A program made the position numbers and the translations under genes. This document shows, piece by piece, positions 37,377 through 47,177 of a stretch of 64,000 bases of DNA; positions within the stretch are counted from its first letter, which is position 1; the number at the start of each line of letters is the position of its first letter. Source of the DNA: Candidatus Eiseniibacteriota bacterium (GTDB taxonomy: Bacteria; Eisenbacteria; RBG-16-71-46); NCBI GenBank assembly GCA_963744995.1, contig CAVUWA010000002.1, forward strand, positions 1,056,001-1,120,000, read 5' to 3'. The notes under the pieces were generated by a model that made no database searches, had not been told where the DNA came from, and worked only from the letters and a program-made list of their open reading frames with translations.

Positions 37377-38788
37377 TCGCCACGGCCGCCGTCCGCATCA
37401 CCCTGCCCGAGATCGCCCGCTTCGCCGAGGGCGATCTCGTCGTTCCCAGCGTGCCGGACCATCCGACCGATCGGGAGGCGCTGCTGCGCTCGGGGGTCGC
37501 GGGCGCGAGCATCGACACGCGCACGCTCGCCCCGGGCGAGCTGTTCGTGCCGCTTCCCGGCGCGCGCGTGGACGGTCACGCGTTCATCGCCGAGGCGTTC
37601 AGGCGCGGCGCCGGCGCCGCGCTCTGCGAGCGGGACCGCTACGAGCCGCTGCGCGGCCGCGAGCCCGGCCCGCTCGTGCTGGTCAGGAACGCGACGCTGG
37701 CGCTCGCGATGATCGCGCATCGCTATCGCCAGACCTGGCAGGGCCTGCTCATGGGGGTGACCGGCAGCAGCGGCAAGACGACGACGAAGGAGCTGGTGGC
37801 TGCCGCGTTCGAGACCGCGGCGCCGACGCTGCGGACCGAGGGCAACCTGAACAACCACTGGGGCGTGCCGCTCACGCTGCTGCGTCTCGCTCCCGAGCAT
37901 CGCGTGGCGGTCGTCGAGATCGCGATGAACGCGCCCGGCGAAATCGAAGAACTCGCCCGCATCGCCGTGCCCGGCGCCGCGATCGTCACCAACGCGGGCC
38001 GCGCGCACCTCGAGCGTTTCGGCACGGTCGAAGCCATCGCCCGCGAGAAGATCTCGATCGCCGGGAGGCTCGGTGCACACGAGGTCGCGCTGGTCGGCGC
38101 GGATGCGCCGGCGCTCGCGGCGGCCGCACGCACGCTCGCCTGCCGCGTGGTCACCTACGGTCTCGCCGCCGACGCCGACGTCCGGCCGAGCGCGCTCGAG
38201 GATCTGGGACCCGAAGGCTCGCGCGTGACGGTCGAGGGGTTCCCGCCGGTCCACCTGCGCCTGATCGGCCGCCACATGGTGCAGAACGCGCTCGCTGCGT
38301 TCGCCGCCGCGCGCGAATACCGTCTGGATCCCGAAGCGGTGGCGCGCGCGCTCGAGGCGCACCGCCCGCACAAGGGTCGGATGGAGCGCCGCACGGCGCA
38401 GGGCGCGACCCTGCTGGTCGACTGCTACAACGCCAACCCCGATGCGACCCGCGCCGCGCTCGAGACGCTCGCCGCCTGGCCCGGCGTGACGCGCCGCATC
38501 GCCGTGCTCGGCGACATGCTGGAGCTCGGCGCGACCGCGCCCGCGCTGCATCGCGAGACCGGCGCCGCCGTGAAGGGCGCCGAGCTGTGGGCCGTGGGCG
38601 AGTTCGCGGACGACTACGCCGCCGGCGCGCGCGCGGCCGGCGTTCCCGTGCGCACCTTCGCCAGCCGCGAAGCGGTGCGCGACGCCCTGCGCGCAGCACT
38701 GGCGCCCGGCACGGTGGTGCTGCTCAAGGCCTCGCGCGGCGCGGCGCTCGAGCAGGTGCTCGAAGGCATCCGGACGGAGGCGGCCTGA
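37373..38788 (+). CDS. murF: UDP-MurNAc-tripeptide--D-Ala-D-Ala ligase
   Basis: TGSSGKTTTKE, GNLNNHWGVP, DCYNANP, LGDMLELG, KASRG. Confidence 0.95.
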   Translation: MIATAAVRITLPEIARFAEGDLVVPSVPDHPTDREALLRSGVAGASIDTRTLAPGELFVPLPGARVDGHAFIAEAFRRGAGAALCERDRYEPLRGREPGPLVLVRNATLALAMIAHRYRQTWQGLLMGVTGSSGKTTTKELVAAAFETAAPTLRTEGNLNNHWGVPLTLLRLAPEHRVAVVEIAMNAPGEIEELARIAVPGAAIVTNAGRAHLERFGTVEAIAREKISIAGRLGAHEVALVGADAPALAAAARTLACRVVTYGLAADADVRPSALEDLGPEGSRVTVEGFPPVHLRLIGRHMVQNALAAFAAAREYRLDPEAVARALEAHRPHKGRMERRTAQGATLLVDCYNANPDATRAALETLAAWPGVTRRIAVLGDMLELGATAPALHRETGAAVKGAELWAVGEFADDYAAGARAAGVPVRTFASREAVRDALRAALAPGTVVLLKASRGAALEQVLEGIRTEAA

Positions 38789-39879
38789 TGTTCTACGAAT
38801 GGGTCTATCCGCTCCACGAGGTGCACGGGCTCGGCTTCCTGAACGTGATCCGCTACATCACGTTCCGCTCCGCGTACGCCGCGATCACCGCGCTGGTGCT
38901 GTGCTACTTCCTGGGGCCGCCGCTGATCCGCTGGCTCGAGCGCGTGAAGCTCGGCCAGAAGATCCGCGCCGAGGGGCCGCAGAGCCACCTGAGCAAGGCC
39001 GGTACGCCGACCATGGGCGGGCTGCTGATCGTGACCGCGATCGTGGTGCCCTCGCTGCTGTTCGGCAATCTGCACTCCCGCGAGCTGTGGCTCGCCATTG
39101 CGACGACCGCATGGCTCGGCGCGATCGGGTTCCTCGACGACTGGCTGCGCGTGGTGAAGGGCTTCCCGAAGGGCCTGCTCGGGCGCTACAAGATGGCCGG
39201 GCAGTTCGCGATCGGGCTCGTGATCGGCGTGGTGCTCACGTTCTGGCCCGAGCCCGGCCTCAACGGGACGACGACGCACGTGCCGTTCCTCAAGTTCCAG
39301 TTCATCGATTTCGGCTGGCTGTTCATTCCGTTCGTGATCCTGGTGATCACCGGCACGTCCAACGCGGTGAACCTCACCGACGGGCTCGACGGGCTGGCCT
39401 CGGGGCTGGTCGCGATCGCCGCCGTCGCGCTCGCCGGGCTCTGCTACCTGAGCGGGCACGCCAAGTTCTCCGAGTACCTGAACATCAGCTACCTGGCCTA
39501 CGGCGGCGAGCTCACGGTGTTCTGCGCCGCGGTCCTGGGAGCGTCGCTGGGCTTTCTCTGGTACAACTGCCATCCGGCGGACGTGTTCATGGGGGACACC
39601 GGCTCGCTCGCCCTGGGCGGCGCGCTCGGCGCGGTCGCCGTGCTGATCAAGCGCGAGTTCTGGCTGGTGCTGATCGGCGGGGTGTTCGTCGCCGAAACGC
39701 TGTCGGTCATGATCCAGGTCGCCTCGTTCAAGGTCTTCAAGCGGCGCGTGTTCCGCATGTCGCCGCTTCACCATCACTTCGAACTGTCGGGGTGGGCGGA
39801 GTCGCGGGTGGTGCTGCGCTTCTACATCATCGCCGCGCTGCTCGCGCTGCTGTCCCTCTCGACGCTCAAACTCCAGTGA
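38788..39879 (+). CDS. mraY: Phospho-MurNAc-pentapeptide transferase
   Basis: KAGTPTMGG, GFLDD, NAVNLTDGLDGL, FMGDTGS, PLHHHFE. Confidence 0.97.
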   Translation: MFYEWVYPLHEVHGLGFLNVIRYITFRSAYAAITALVLCYFLGPPLIRWLERVKLGQKIRAEGPQSHLSKAGTPTMGGLLIVTAIVVPSLLFGNLHSRELWLAIATTAWLGAIGFLDDWLRVVKGFPKGLLGRYKMAGQFAIGLVIGVVLTFWPEPGLNGTTTHVPFLKFQFIDFGWLFIPFVILVITGTSNAVNLTDGLDGLASGLVAIAAVALAGLCYLSGHAKFSEYLNISYLAYGGELTVFCAAVLGASLGFLWYNCHPADVFMGDTGSLALGGALGAVAVLIKREFWLVLIGGVFVAETLSVMIQVASFKVFKRRVFRMSPLHHHFELSGWAESRVVLRFYIIAALLALLSLSTLKLQ

Positions 39880-41258
39880 CGATCGACGCCCGCCATCCGC
39901 TGCCCGGAACGCGCCCGCTGATCGCCGGCGCGGCCCGCTCCGGCGTCGCCGCGGCGCGTCTGCTCGCGGCCCACGGCCTCGACGTGCTGGTGTGCGACCG
40001 CGGTCCAGCGCGGCCCGACGCCGCGGCGGCGCTCGCCGCCGCCGGCGTGCGTGTGGCATGGGAGCGCGACGACGCCGGCCTGCTGGACGGCCGTGATTTC
40101 GTGGTATGGAGCCCGGGCATTCCGCTCACGCACCCGCTTGCGGCCGCGGCTCGCACGCGCGGCCTGCCGGTGCTGAGCGAACTCGAGATCGGTTATCTGG
40201 CGGCGCACGCGCCGCTCGCCTGCGTCACCGGCACCAACGGCAAGAGCACCACGACCGACCTCATCGGCGCACTGCTCGCAGGCGCCGGGCGCGAGGCCGC
40301 GGTGTGCGGCAACATCGGCCGCGCGGTGTGCGAGGTCGCCGAGCAGGTGGGCGCGGGCGGCGTGCTGATCGTCGAAGTGTCGTCGTTCCAGCTCGAGACC
40401 GTCCAGCGGCTCAGGCCATGGATCGCCGTGTGGCTCAACCTGACCCCGGACCACCTCGATCGCCACGAGTCGCTCGAGGCCTACGGCGCGCTCAAGGCAC
40501 GGCTGTTCGCGAACCAGACCGAGACCGACTGGCAGGTCGGGAACGCCGACGATCCGGAAGTCGTGAAGCGCCTCCCCGGGCGCGGACAGTCGCTGGCGTT
40601 CTCGCTGCGCGACCGCGTGGAGGAAGGCGCCTGGGTCGAGGACGGGTGGATCATGCTCGCGTGGCGCGGCGGCACCCGGGCGCTGATGCCGGCGTCGGGG
40701 CTGCGGCTGCGCGGTGCGCACAACCTCGCCAACGTGCTCGCGGCCGTCGCCGCCACGCTGCCGCTCGAGATCGCGCCCGAGCGCCTGCGCGCCACCCTCG
40801 AGACCTATTCCGGGCTCGAACACCGCCTGGAACCCGCCGGCGAAGTGGCCGGCGTGGCGTTCGTCAACGATTCGAAGGCCACCAATACGTCGTCGCTCGA
40901 GGTGGCCCTGCGAAGCTTCGACCAGCCGGTCGTCCTCATCGCCGGCGGCCGCGACAAGAATCAGGATTTTGCTCCGCTCCATCCGCTCGCGCGCGAACGG
41001 GTGGGGACGGCCATCTTGATCGGCGAGGGAGCGCCGCGCATCGCGGCGGCATGGCCCGACGTGCCGTCCGAGCGCGCGGCGACCCTGGAGGAGGCGGTCG
41101 ACCGCGCCTTCGCCGCGGCGCGCCGCGGCCCGGCGCCGCGGGTCGTGCTGCTGTCGCCCGGCTGCGCCTCGTACGACATGTTCACCGACTACGAGGACCG
41201 CGGCCGCCGTTTCAAGGCGGAAGTGGCCCGCCGCTCGCACGAAGGAGTCCGTTCATGA
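39876..41258 (+). CDS. murD: UDP-MurNAc-Ala--D-Glu ligase
   Basis: SPGIP, TGTNGKSTT, EVSSFQL, DHLDRH, NDSKATN, SPGCASYDMF. Confidence 0.96.
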   Translation: MTIDARHPLPGTRPLIAGAARSGVAAARLLAAHGLDVLVCDRGPARPDAAAALAAAGVRVAWERDDAGLLDGRDFVVWSPGIPLTHPLAAAARTRGLPVLSELEIGYLAAHAPLACVTGTNGKSTTTDLIGALLAGAGREAAVCGNIGRAVCEVAEQVGAGGVLIVEVSSFQLETVQRLRPWIAVWLNLTPDHLDRHESLEAYGALKARLFANQTETDWQVGNADDPEVVKRLPGRGQSLAFSLRDRVEEGAWVEDGWIMLAWRGGTRALMPASGLRLRGAHNLANVLAAVAATLPLEIAPERLRATLETYSGLEHRLEPAGEVAGVAFVNDSKATNTSSLEVALRSFDQPVVLIAGGRDKNQDFAPLHPLARERVGTAILIGEGAPRIAAAWPDVPSERAATLEEAVDRAFAAARRGPAPRVVLLSPGCASYDMFTDYEDRGRRFKAEVARRSHEGVRS

Positions 41259-42394
41259 CACGCGGCGACCGGTTGCTGCTGCTGCTGCCGCTCGCGCTCA
41301 CCGCGGTGGGCGTGGTGATGGTGTATTCGTCCAGCTCGATCATCGGGATCACCCGTTTCGACGATCCCAACTACTATCTGACCAAGCAGCTGCTGCGCGC
41401 CCTCCTGGGGGTGGTGGTGATGCTGCTGGTCTCGCGGATCCGCCTCGAGAAGCTCGAAGCGTTCGCTCCGATGCTGCTCGGGATCGCCGCGGCGATGCTG
41501 CTCGCGGTCGTGGTCGTCGGCCGCGTGTCGCACGGCGCGACCCGCTGGCTCTCGGTCGGATTCCTTTCCATCCAGCCGACCGACCTGGCGCGGCTGGCGA
41601 TGGTCCTGTTCCTCGCGCGCTGGCTGACGCGGCGGCCCCCGGACGGGCTCGGCTTCGTGCGCGGGGTGCTGCCGCCGCTCGCTGCGCTCGGCGTGGTCGC
41701 GGGGCTGATCCTGCTGCAACCGAACCTGAGCAGCACGGCACTGCTCTGCGTGACCGGCATGGCGATGCTGTTCCTCGGCGGCGCCCGCGTGCGGCACCTG
41801 CTGATCCCGATCGGAGCGGGGGCGCTGGTGGCGGTTCTCGCTCTGGCCACCCATCCCTATATGATGAGGCGCGTCGAGACCTTCATCGGGTTCCTGTTCG
41901 GCGGCCAGCTCGACGGCCGCGGCGCGGGCTGGCAGCTCGACCAGAGCCTGATCGCGATCGGCTCGGGCGGCTGGTTCGGCCGCGGCATCGGTGCGGGGCT
42001 GCAGAAGTACCTGTTCCTCCCGGAGGCGCATACGGACTTCATCTATTCGATCATGGCCGAGGAGACCGGCTTCATCGGCACGACCGTGCTGCTGGCGTTG
42101 CTGGCCGGCCTGGCCTGGCGCGGCCTGCGTGCCGCGGCGCGCGCCGAGGACCGCTTCGCCTACCTGCTCGCGGGCGGGCTCAGCCTGCAGCTCGCGCTGT
42201 ACGCGATCGCCAATCTCTCGGTCGCGACCGGGCTCGCGCCCACGACCGGACTGCCGCTGCCGTACGTGTCGTACGGCGGCTCCGCGCTGCTCGCCAACAT
42301 GGCGGCAGCGGGCCTGCTCTACCGGGTGAGCGCCGGCAACGAAACACGCGAGGCGCTCACGCGGCAGCGCTGGTCACGGGAGGTGACGGCATGA
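41255..42394 (+). CDS. ftsW: SEDS peptidoglycan glycosyltransferase FtsW
   Basis: VMVYSSS, GATRW, LPEAHTDFI, PTTGLPLPYVSYGGS. Confidence 0.93.
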   Translation: MTRGDRLLLLLPLALTAVGVVMVYSSSSIIGITRFDDPNYYLTKQLLRALLGVVVMLLVSRIRLEKLEAFAPMLLGIAAAMLLAVVVVGRVSHGATRWLSVGFLSIQPTDLARLAMVLFLARWLTRRPPDGLGFVRGVLPPLAALGVVAGLILLQPNLSSTALLCVTGMAMLFLGGARVRHLLIPIGAGALVAVLALATHPYMMRRVETFIGFLFGGQLDGRGAGWQLDQSLIAIGSGGWFGRGIGAGLQKYLFLPEAHTDFIYSIMAEETGFIGTTVLLALLAGLAWRGLRAAARAEDRFAYLLAGGLSLQLALYAIANLSVATGLAPTTGLPLPYVSYGGSALLANMAAAGLLYRVSAGNETREALTRQRWSREVTA

Positions 42395-43530
42395 AGGTCA
42401 TGATCGCCGGCGGCGGCACCGGGGGCCACGTCTACCCGGGCATCGCCGTCGCGGAAGAACTGCACGAGGCGCGCCGCGACGCGGAGATCGTGTTCGTCGG
42501 CAGCCGGCGCGGACTGGAGGCGCAGGCCGTGCCGGAGGCGGGATTCCGGATCCGCTACATCTGGAGCCGCGGCTTCCCGCGCCGCGCCTGGTGGCGCTGG
42601 CCGGTGGCGATCGTCGCCAATACGGTGGGATTCCTGCAGGCGCTGTGGCTGGTGCTGATCGAGCGCCCCGACGCGGTGCTCGGCGCGGGGGGCTACGTGA
42701 GCGCGCCGGTGTCGGTGGCCGGCTGGCTGCTGGGCAAGCCGGTGCTGATCCAGGAACAGAACAGCATTCCCGGGCTGGCCAACCGGATGCTGTCCATGAT
42801 CGCGAGCGAGGTGCATCTGTCGTTCGTGGAGGCGCGCTCGTGGTTCCGCCGCAAGGATCACCTGAAGGTCAGCGGCAACCCGGTGCGCAAGCACCTGCTG
42901 AACGGCGACCGCGCGACCGCGATCCAGGAATTCGGGCTCGTCGACGGCAAGCCGATCGTGTTCATCTTCGGCGGGAGTCTCGGCGCGCACCGCATCAACG
43001 AAGCCGCACTCGAGGCGATGCGCCGCCTGAAGGGCCGGGTCGAGGTGCAGTTCATCCTGCAGACCGGGCGCCAGGACTTCGAGAGCGTGAAGGCGACGGT
43101 CGAAAAGGAAGAACTGCCGGCGCGGGTGATGCCGTTCCTCCGGCGGATCCACATGGCCTATGCGGCGGCCGACCTGGTCGTGTGCCGCTCCGGCGCCATG
43201 ACGCTCGCCGAGATCGCCGCCTGCGGCACGCCGGCGATCCTGATTCCGTATCCGTACGCCGCGCACAACCATCAGGTCGTGAACGCCAGCAATCTCGTCG
43301 ACCGCGGTGCGGCAGCGATGATCCTCGACCGCGAGCTCTCCGGCGAGCGGCTCGGCAACGAGATCGCCCACTGGCTCAGCGACCGCCAGGGCCTGTCGCG
43401 CATGTCTGCGAACGCGCGCACGTTCAACCGGCCCGACGCGGCGCTCAAGATCGTGCGCAGCCTCGAGGCGTGGGCGGATCGCCGTGCGCCGGTGCAGATG
43501 GCGAAGGAGAACGGCGGGGGAGGGCGCTAG
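42391..43530 (+). CDS. murG: Undecaprenyl-PP-MurNAc-pentapeptide GlcNAc transferase
   Basis: GGGTGGH, QEQN, GNPVR, GGSLGA, RSGA, HQVVNA. Confidence 0.97.
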   Translation: MKVMIAGGGTGGHVYPGIAVAEELHEARRDAEIVFVGSRRGLEAQAVPEAGFRIRYIWSRGFPRRAWWRWPVAIVANTVGFLQALWLVLIERPDAVLGAGGYVSAPVSVAGWLLGKPVLIQEQNSIPGLANRMLSMIASEVHLSFVEARSWFRRKDHLKVSGNPVRKHLLNGDRATAIQEFGLVDGKPIVFIFGGSLGAHRINEAALEAMRRLKGRVEVQFILQTGRQDFESVKATVEKEELPARVMPFLRRIHMAYAAADLVVCRSGAMTLAEIAACGTPAILIPYPYAAHNHQVVNASNLVDRGAAAMILDRELSGERLGNEIAHWLSDRQGLSRMSANARTFNRPDAALKIVRSLEAWADRRAPVQMAKENGGGGR

Positions 43531-43533
43531 ACC

Positions 43534-44928
43534 TTGTACGGACGGACCCACCGCATCCACCTGATCGGCATCGGCGGCTCCGGCATGTGCGGGATCGCCG
43601 AGGTGCTGCTCAACATGGGCTACGAGGTCTCGGGCAGCGACCTCAAGGCGAGCGAGACCACCGACCGGCTGGTCGGGCTCGGCGGCCGGATCTTCATCGG
43701 CCACGCCGCGAACAACGTCGAGGACGCGCAGGTCGTGGTCTATTCGACCGCCGTGAAACAGGACAACGCCGAGCTGCGCGCCGCCATCGAGGCCGGGATC
43801 CCGGCCATCGGCCGCGCCGACATGCTGGCCGAGCTCATGCGCATGAAGTACGGCATCGCCGTCGGCGGCTCGCACGGCAAGACCACGACGACGTCGCTGA
43901 TCGCCACGGTGCTCGCCCGCGGCGGGCTCGACCCGACGATCGTCGTCGGCGGGCGGCTGCACGCCATCGGCTCCAACGCGCGGCTCGGCCACGGCCGCTT
44001 CCTGGTTGCCGAGGCCGACGAGAGCGACGGCTCGTTCCTGCGCCTCGCGCCGGCGATGACCGTGATCACCAACATCGATCGCGAGCACCTGGATCACTAC
44101 GGCGATCTCTCCGAAGTGCGCCAGGCGTTCATCTACTTCGCCAACCGGGTGCCGTTCTACGGTGTGTCGGTGCTGTGCGTGGACGATCCGCTCACGCGCG
44201 ACATCCTGCCGGAGGTCACCAAGCGCACGCTCACCTACGGCTTCACCGAGGATGCCGACCTGTTCGCCACCGACGTGCGCGTGGACCCGCGCGGCTCGAC
44301 CTTCCGGGTCCACACGGCCGCCGGCGAGCTCGGCGAGGTGCGGCTGCAGCTGCACGGCCGTCACAACGTGCTGAACGCGCTGGCCGCGCTGGCGGTCGGG
44401 CGCGAGATCGAAATCGGCTTCGGCCACATGGCCGAGGCGCTCGAGGGCTTCGCCGGCGTCGGGCGCCGCTTCGAGCTCAAGGGCGAGGTGGCGGGCGTGG
44501 CCGTCATCGACGATTATGCTCACCATCCGACCGAGATTCGTGCGACCCTGTCGGCGGCGCGCGCCGCGGGCGGCCGGGTGCTGGTGATCTTCCAGCCGCA
44601 CCGCTACACGCGCACGGCGGCGCTGGCGCGCGAGTTCGGCGAGGCGTTCGGCGACGCCGACCGGGTCTGGGTGCTGGACGTCTACGCCGCCGGGGAGACG
44701 CCGCTGCCGGGCGTCACCGGACGCTCGGTGGTGGAGAGCGCGGAGGCCGCCGGGGCGCACCACGTGCGCTTCACGGCCGATCCGGCGGACGCGGTGCGCG
44801 GCGCGGTCGAAGCGGCGCGCCCGGGCGACCGGGTGATGGTGCTCGGCGCGGGCGACGTGTGGAAGCTCGCCGCCGAGGTACTGGAAGGATTGCGACGGCA
44901 GGACGCCGTCGCCGGAAAAGGGAGCTGA
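43534..44928 (+). CDS. murC: UDP-MurNAc--L-alanine ligase
   Basis: GIGGSGM, HGKTTT, AEADESDGSF, DDYAHHPTE, FQPHRYTR. TTG start. Confidence 0.97.
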   Translation: MYGRTHRIHLIGIGGSGMCGIAEVLLNMGYEVSGSDLKASETTDRLVGLGGRIFIGHAANNVEDAQVVVYSTAVKQDNAELRAAIEAGIPAIGRADMLAELMRMKYGIAVGGSHGKTTTTSLIATVLARGGLDPTIVVGGRLHAIGSNARLGHGRFLVAEADESDGSFLRLAPAMTVITNIDREHLDHYGDLSEVRQAFIYFANRVPFYGVSVLCVDDPLTRDILPEVTKRTLTYGFTEDADLFATDVRVDPRGSTFRVHTAAGELGEVRLQLHGRHNVLNALAALAVGREIEIGFGHMAEALEGFAGVGRRFELKGEVAGVAVIDDYAHHPTEIRATLSAARAAGGRVLVIFQPHRYTRTAALAREFGEAFGDADRVWVLDVYAAGETPLPGVTGRSVVESAEAAGAHHVRFTADPADAVRGAVEAARPGDRVMVLGAGDVWKLAAEVLEGLRRQDAVAGKGS

Positions 44929-45749
44929 TGGGCATCTACCAGGGACGGGCCATGCGCCAGGAGGCGCCGCACCGCCGCAGAGGGCACCGCGTGCGGCGCG
45001 TGCTTCACGTGCTCGCCGCGCTCGCCGCCCTCGCCCTGCTCGCGCACGTGCCGTGGGGCGCCCTGCGCAAACGCTACGCGGTGCTCGCCGCGGTCGAGGT
45101 CCGCGGCCAGCGCTACCTGAGCGCGGAGGAGATCGCAGCGGTCGCCGGGCTCCGTCCCGGCGAGGACCTGTTCTCGATCGACCTCAGCCGCGCCCGCCAG
45201 AAGCTGCTGGTGCATCCGCGGATCGCCGCTGCGGAACTCCACCGCACCTGGCTGCGCCGCGTGCGCGTGGACGTGCGCGAGCGCCTGCCGGTCCTGCTGG
45301 TCCAGCACGGCGTGCCGTGGGAGATGGATTCCGCCGGCGTGCTGTTCCAGCCGCTCGAGGCCGGCGTCGTGGCCGACGTGCCGCTGCTGACCGGCGCCGC
45401 GCTCGAGAAGCTGCCCGCCGGGGCGCAGGTGCAGACGCCGGAGGTGAGTCGCGGGCTCGCGTGGGCGCAGGCTCTGTCGCGACCCGATCTCCAGCTCAGC
45501 GGGCGCGTGTCCGAGATCGACGTGTCCGCGCCGCGGCAGACCGCGCTCGTCCTGACCGGCGGCACGCGGGTGCTGTCATCGGCGTGGCCGCCGGACGTGC
45601 CGCGGCTGACCGCTCTGCGCGTGGTGCTCGCCGATCTCGAGAAGAACGGCGTGCGCGCCAGGGAAGTGGATCTGCGTTTCGACCAACAGGTGATCGTGCG
45701 GCCCGCCGACCCGCCCGCCGGGGCGGACGAAGCCGCGCGGAGGACATAG
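44928..45749 (+). CDS. ftsQ: Cell division protein FtsQ/DivIB
   Basis: TM helix, POTRA-like segment (VEVRGQRYL..), VRER, VDLRFDQQVIV; position before ftsA. Confidence 0.85.
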   Translation: MGIYQGRAMRQEAPHRRRGHRVRRVLHVLAALAALALLAHVPWGALRKRYAVLAAVEVRGQRYLSAEEIAAVAGLRPGEDLFSIDLSRARQKLLVHPRIAAAELHRTWLRRVRVDVRERLPVLLVQHGVPWEMDSAGVLFQPLEAGVVADVPLLTGAALEKLPAGAQVQTPEVSRGLAWAQALSRPDLQLSGRVSEIDVSAPRQTALVLTGGTRVLSSAWPPDVPRLTALRVVLADLEKNGVRAREVDLRFDQQVIVRPADPPAGADEAARRT

Positions 45750-45825
45750 ACGTGACCCCGTGCGCCGGCCGGACGAATCGGCGATCGGCGTTTGCGGGCA
45801 CCGTCACAGGGAGGTGAGCGGACTC

Positions 45826-47064
45826 ATGGGATCGGCGATCAGGCATCTTGTCGGGCTCGACATCGGCACGACCAAGATCTCGTGCATCATCGCGGACACC
45901 AACGGCGGCGCCGAGCCGCGCGTGGTCGGCATCGGCAATGCGCCCAGCGAGGGGCTGCGCCGCGGGGTCGTCGTCGACCTCGAGAAGACGGTCGGCAGCA
46001 TCACCCGCGCCGTCGAGGAGGCCGAGCGCATGGCCGGCGTTTCCGCGCGCGGCGTGTATGCCGGCATCGCCGGCGACCACATCCGCAGCATCAACAGTCG
46101 CGGGGTGATCGCGGTGTCGCGCAAGGACAACGAGATCGCGCAGCCCGACGTGGATCGGGTGGTCGAGGCGGCGAAGACCATCGCGATCCCGATGGACCGC
46201 GAGATCATCCACGTGATCCCGCAGGAATTCATCGTGGACGACCAGGACGGCATCAAGGACCCCGTCGGCATGAGCGGCGTGCGCCTCGAGGCCGAGGTGC
46301 ACATCATCACCGGCGCGGTGACGAGCGCGAAGAACATCTGCCGCTCGATCCAGCGCGCGGGACTCAAGGTCTACGATCTGGTGCTGGAGCCGCTGGCCTC
46401 GAGCCACGCCGTGCTCGGCCGCGACGAGCGTGATCTCGGCGTCGTCCTGCTCGACCTGGGCGGCGGCACGACCGACGTCGCCGTGTTCTTCGAGGGTGCG
46501 ATCCGTCATACGGCAATCATTCCGTTCGGCGGGGCCAACGTCACCAACGACCTCGCGATCGGGCTGCGCACGCCGATCGACAAGGCCGAGCAGATCAAGA
46601 TCCAGCACGGCTGCGCGCTGGCCTCGCTGGTCGCGCCCGACGCCGTCGTCGCGGTCTGCGGCGTGGGCGGGCGCGCCGACCGCGAGATCTCGCGCCACGT
46701 GCTCGCCTCGATGATCGAGCCGCGGCTCGAGGAGATCTTCGTCCTGGCCAACAAGGAGGTGAAGAAGAACCACTTCGCCGAGCTCCTGGGCGGCGGCGTG
46801 GTCCTCACCGGCGGGACCTCGCTGATGCCCGGAATCGTGGATCTCGCCGAGCAGGTGTTCGAGATGCCGGTCCGGCTCGGCGTCCCGGAAGGGCTGGGCG
46901 GCCTCTCGGCCAACGTCGCCGACCCGCGATTCGCGACGGGCGTGGGCCTGGTGCTGCACGCCGCGCAGAGCGAGGGGGAGGGACCGGTCCGCGAGAAGTC
47001 GCGCGGCTTCTCGGAGCGCCGGCCGGGATTCGATTTTCGTCGCTGGTTCAGCGATTTGTTCTAG
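45826..47064 (+). CDS. ftsA: Cell division protein FtsA
   Basis: GLDIGTTK, DPVGMSGVRLE, DLGGGTTD, VLTGG; C-terminal amphipathic FRRWFSDLF. Confidence 0.97.
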   Translation: MGSAIRHLVGLDIGTTKISCIIADTNGGAEPRVVGIGNAPSEGLRRGVVVDLEKTVGSITRAVEEAERMAGVSARGVYAGIAGDHIRSINSRGVIAVSRKDNEIAQPDVDRVVEAAKTIAIPMDREIIHVIPQEFIVDDQDGIKDPVGMSGVRLEAEVHIITGAVTSAKNICRSIQRAGLKVYDLVLEPLASSHAVLGRDERDLGVVLLDLGGGTTDVAVFFEGAIRHTAIIPFGGANVTNDLAIGLRTPIDKAEQIKIQHGCALASLVAPDAVVAVCGVGGRADREISRHVLASMIEPRLEEIFVLANKEVKKNHFAELLGGGVVLTGGTSLMPGIVDLAEQVFEMPVRLGVPEGLGGLSANVADPRFATGVGLVLHAAQSEGEGPVREKSRGFSERRPGFDFRRWFSDLF

Positions 47065-47177
47065 GTCATCCGGGCGTTTCGCCCTAGTATCCGCTCAACC
47101 GCCATCACGCCCACGGACGGGCGAGCGGCGCGGGGCCCCGCGTCGTTTCCCACCGGGCCGGCACAGGGAGTAGTGCC

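Noticed and set aside
3051..45749. Apparent giant fusion proteins in the ORF track (1223 aa at 3051, 1005 aa at 28176, 1052 aa at 42591)
   Set aside because: The N-terminal extensions are off-frame read-through of upstream genes. The real starts lie at stop/start overlaps.
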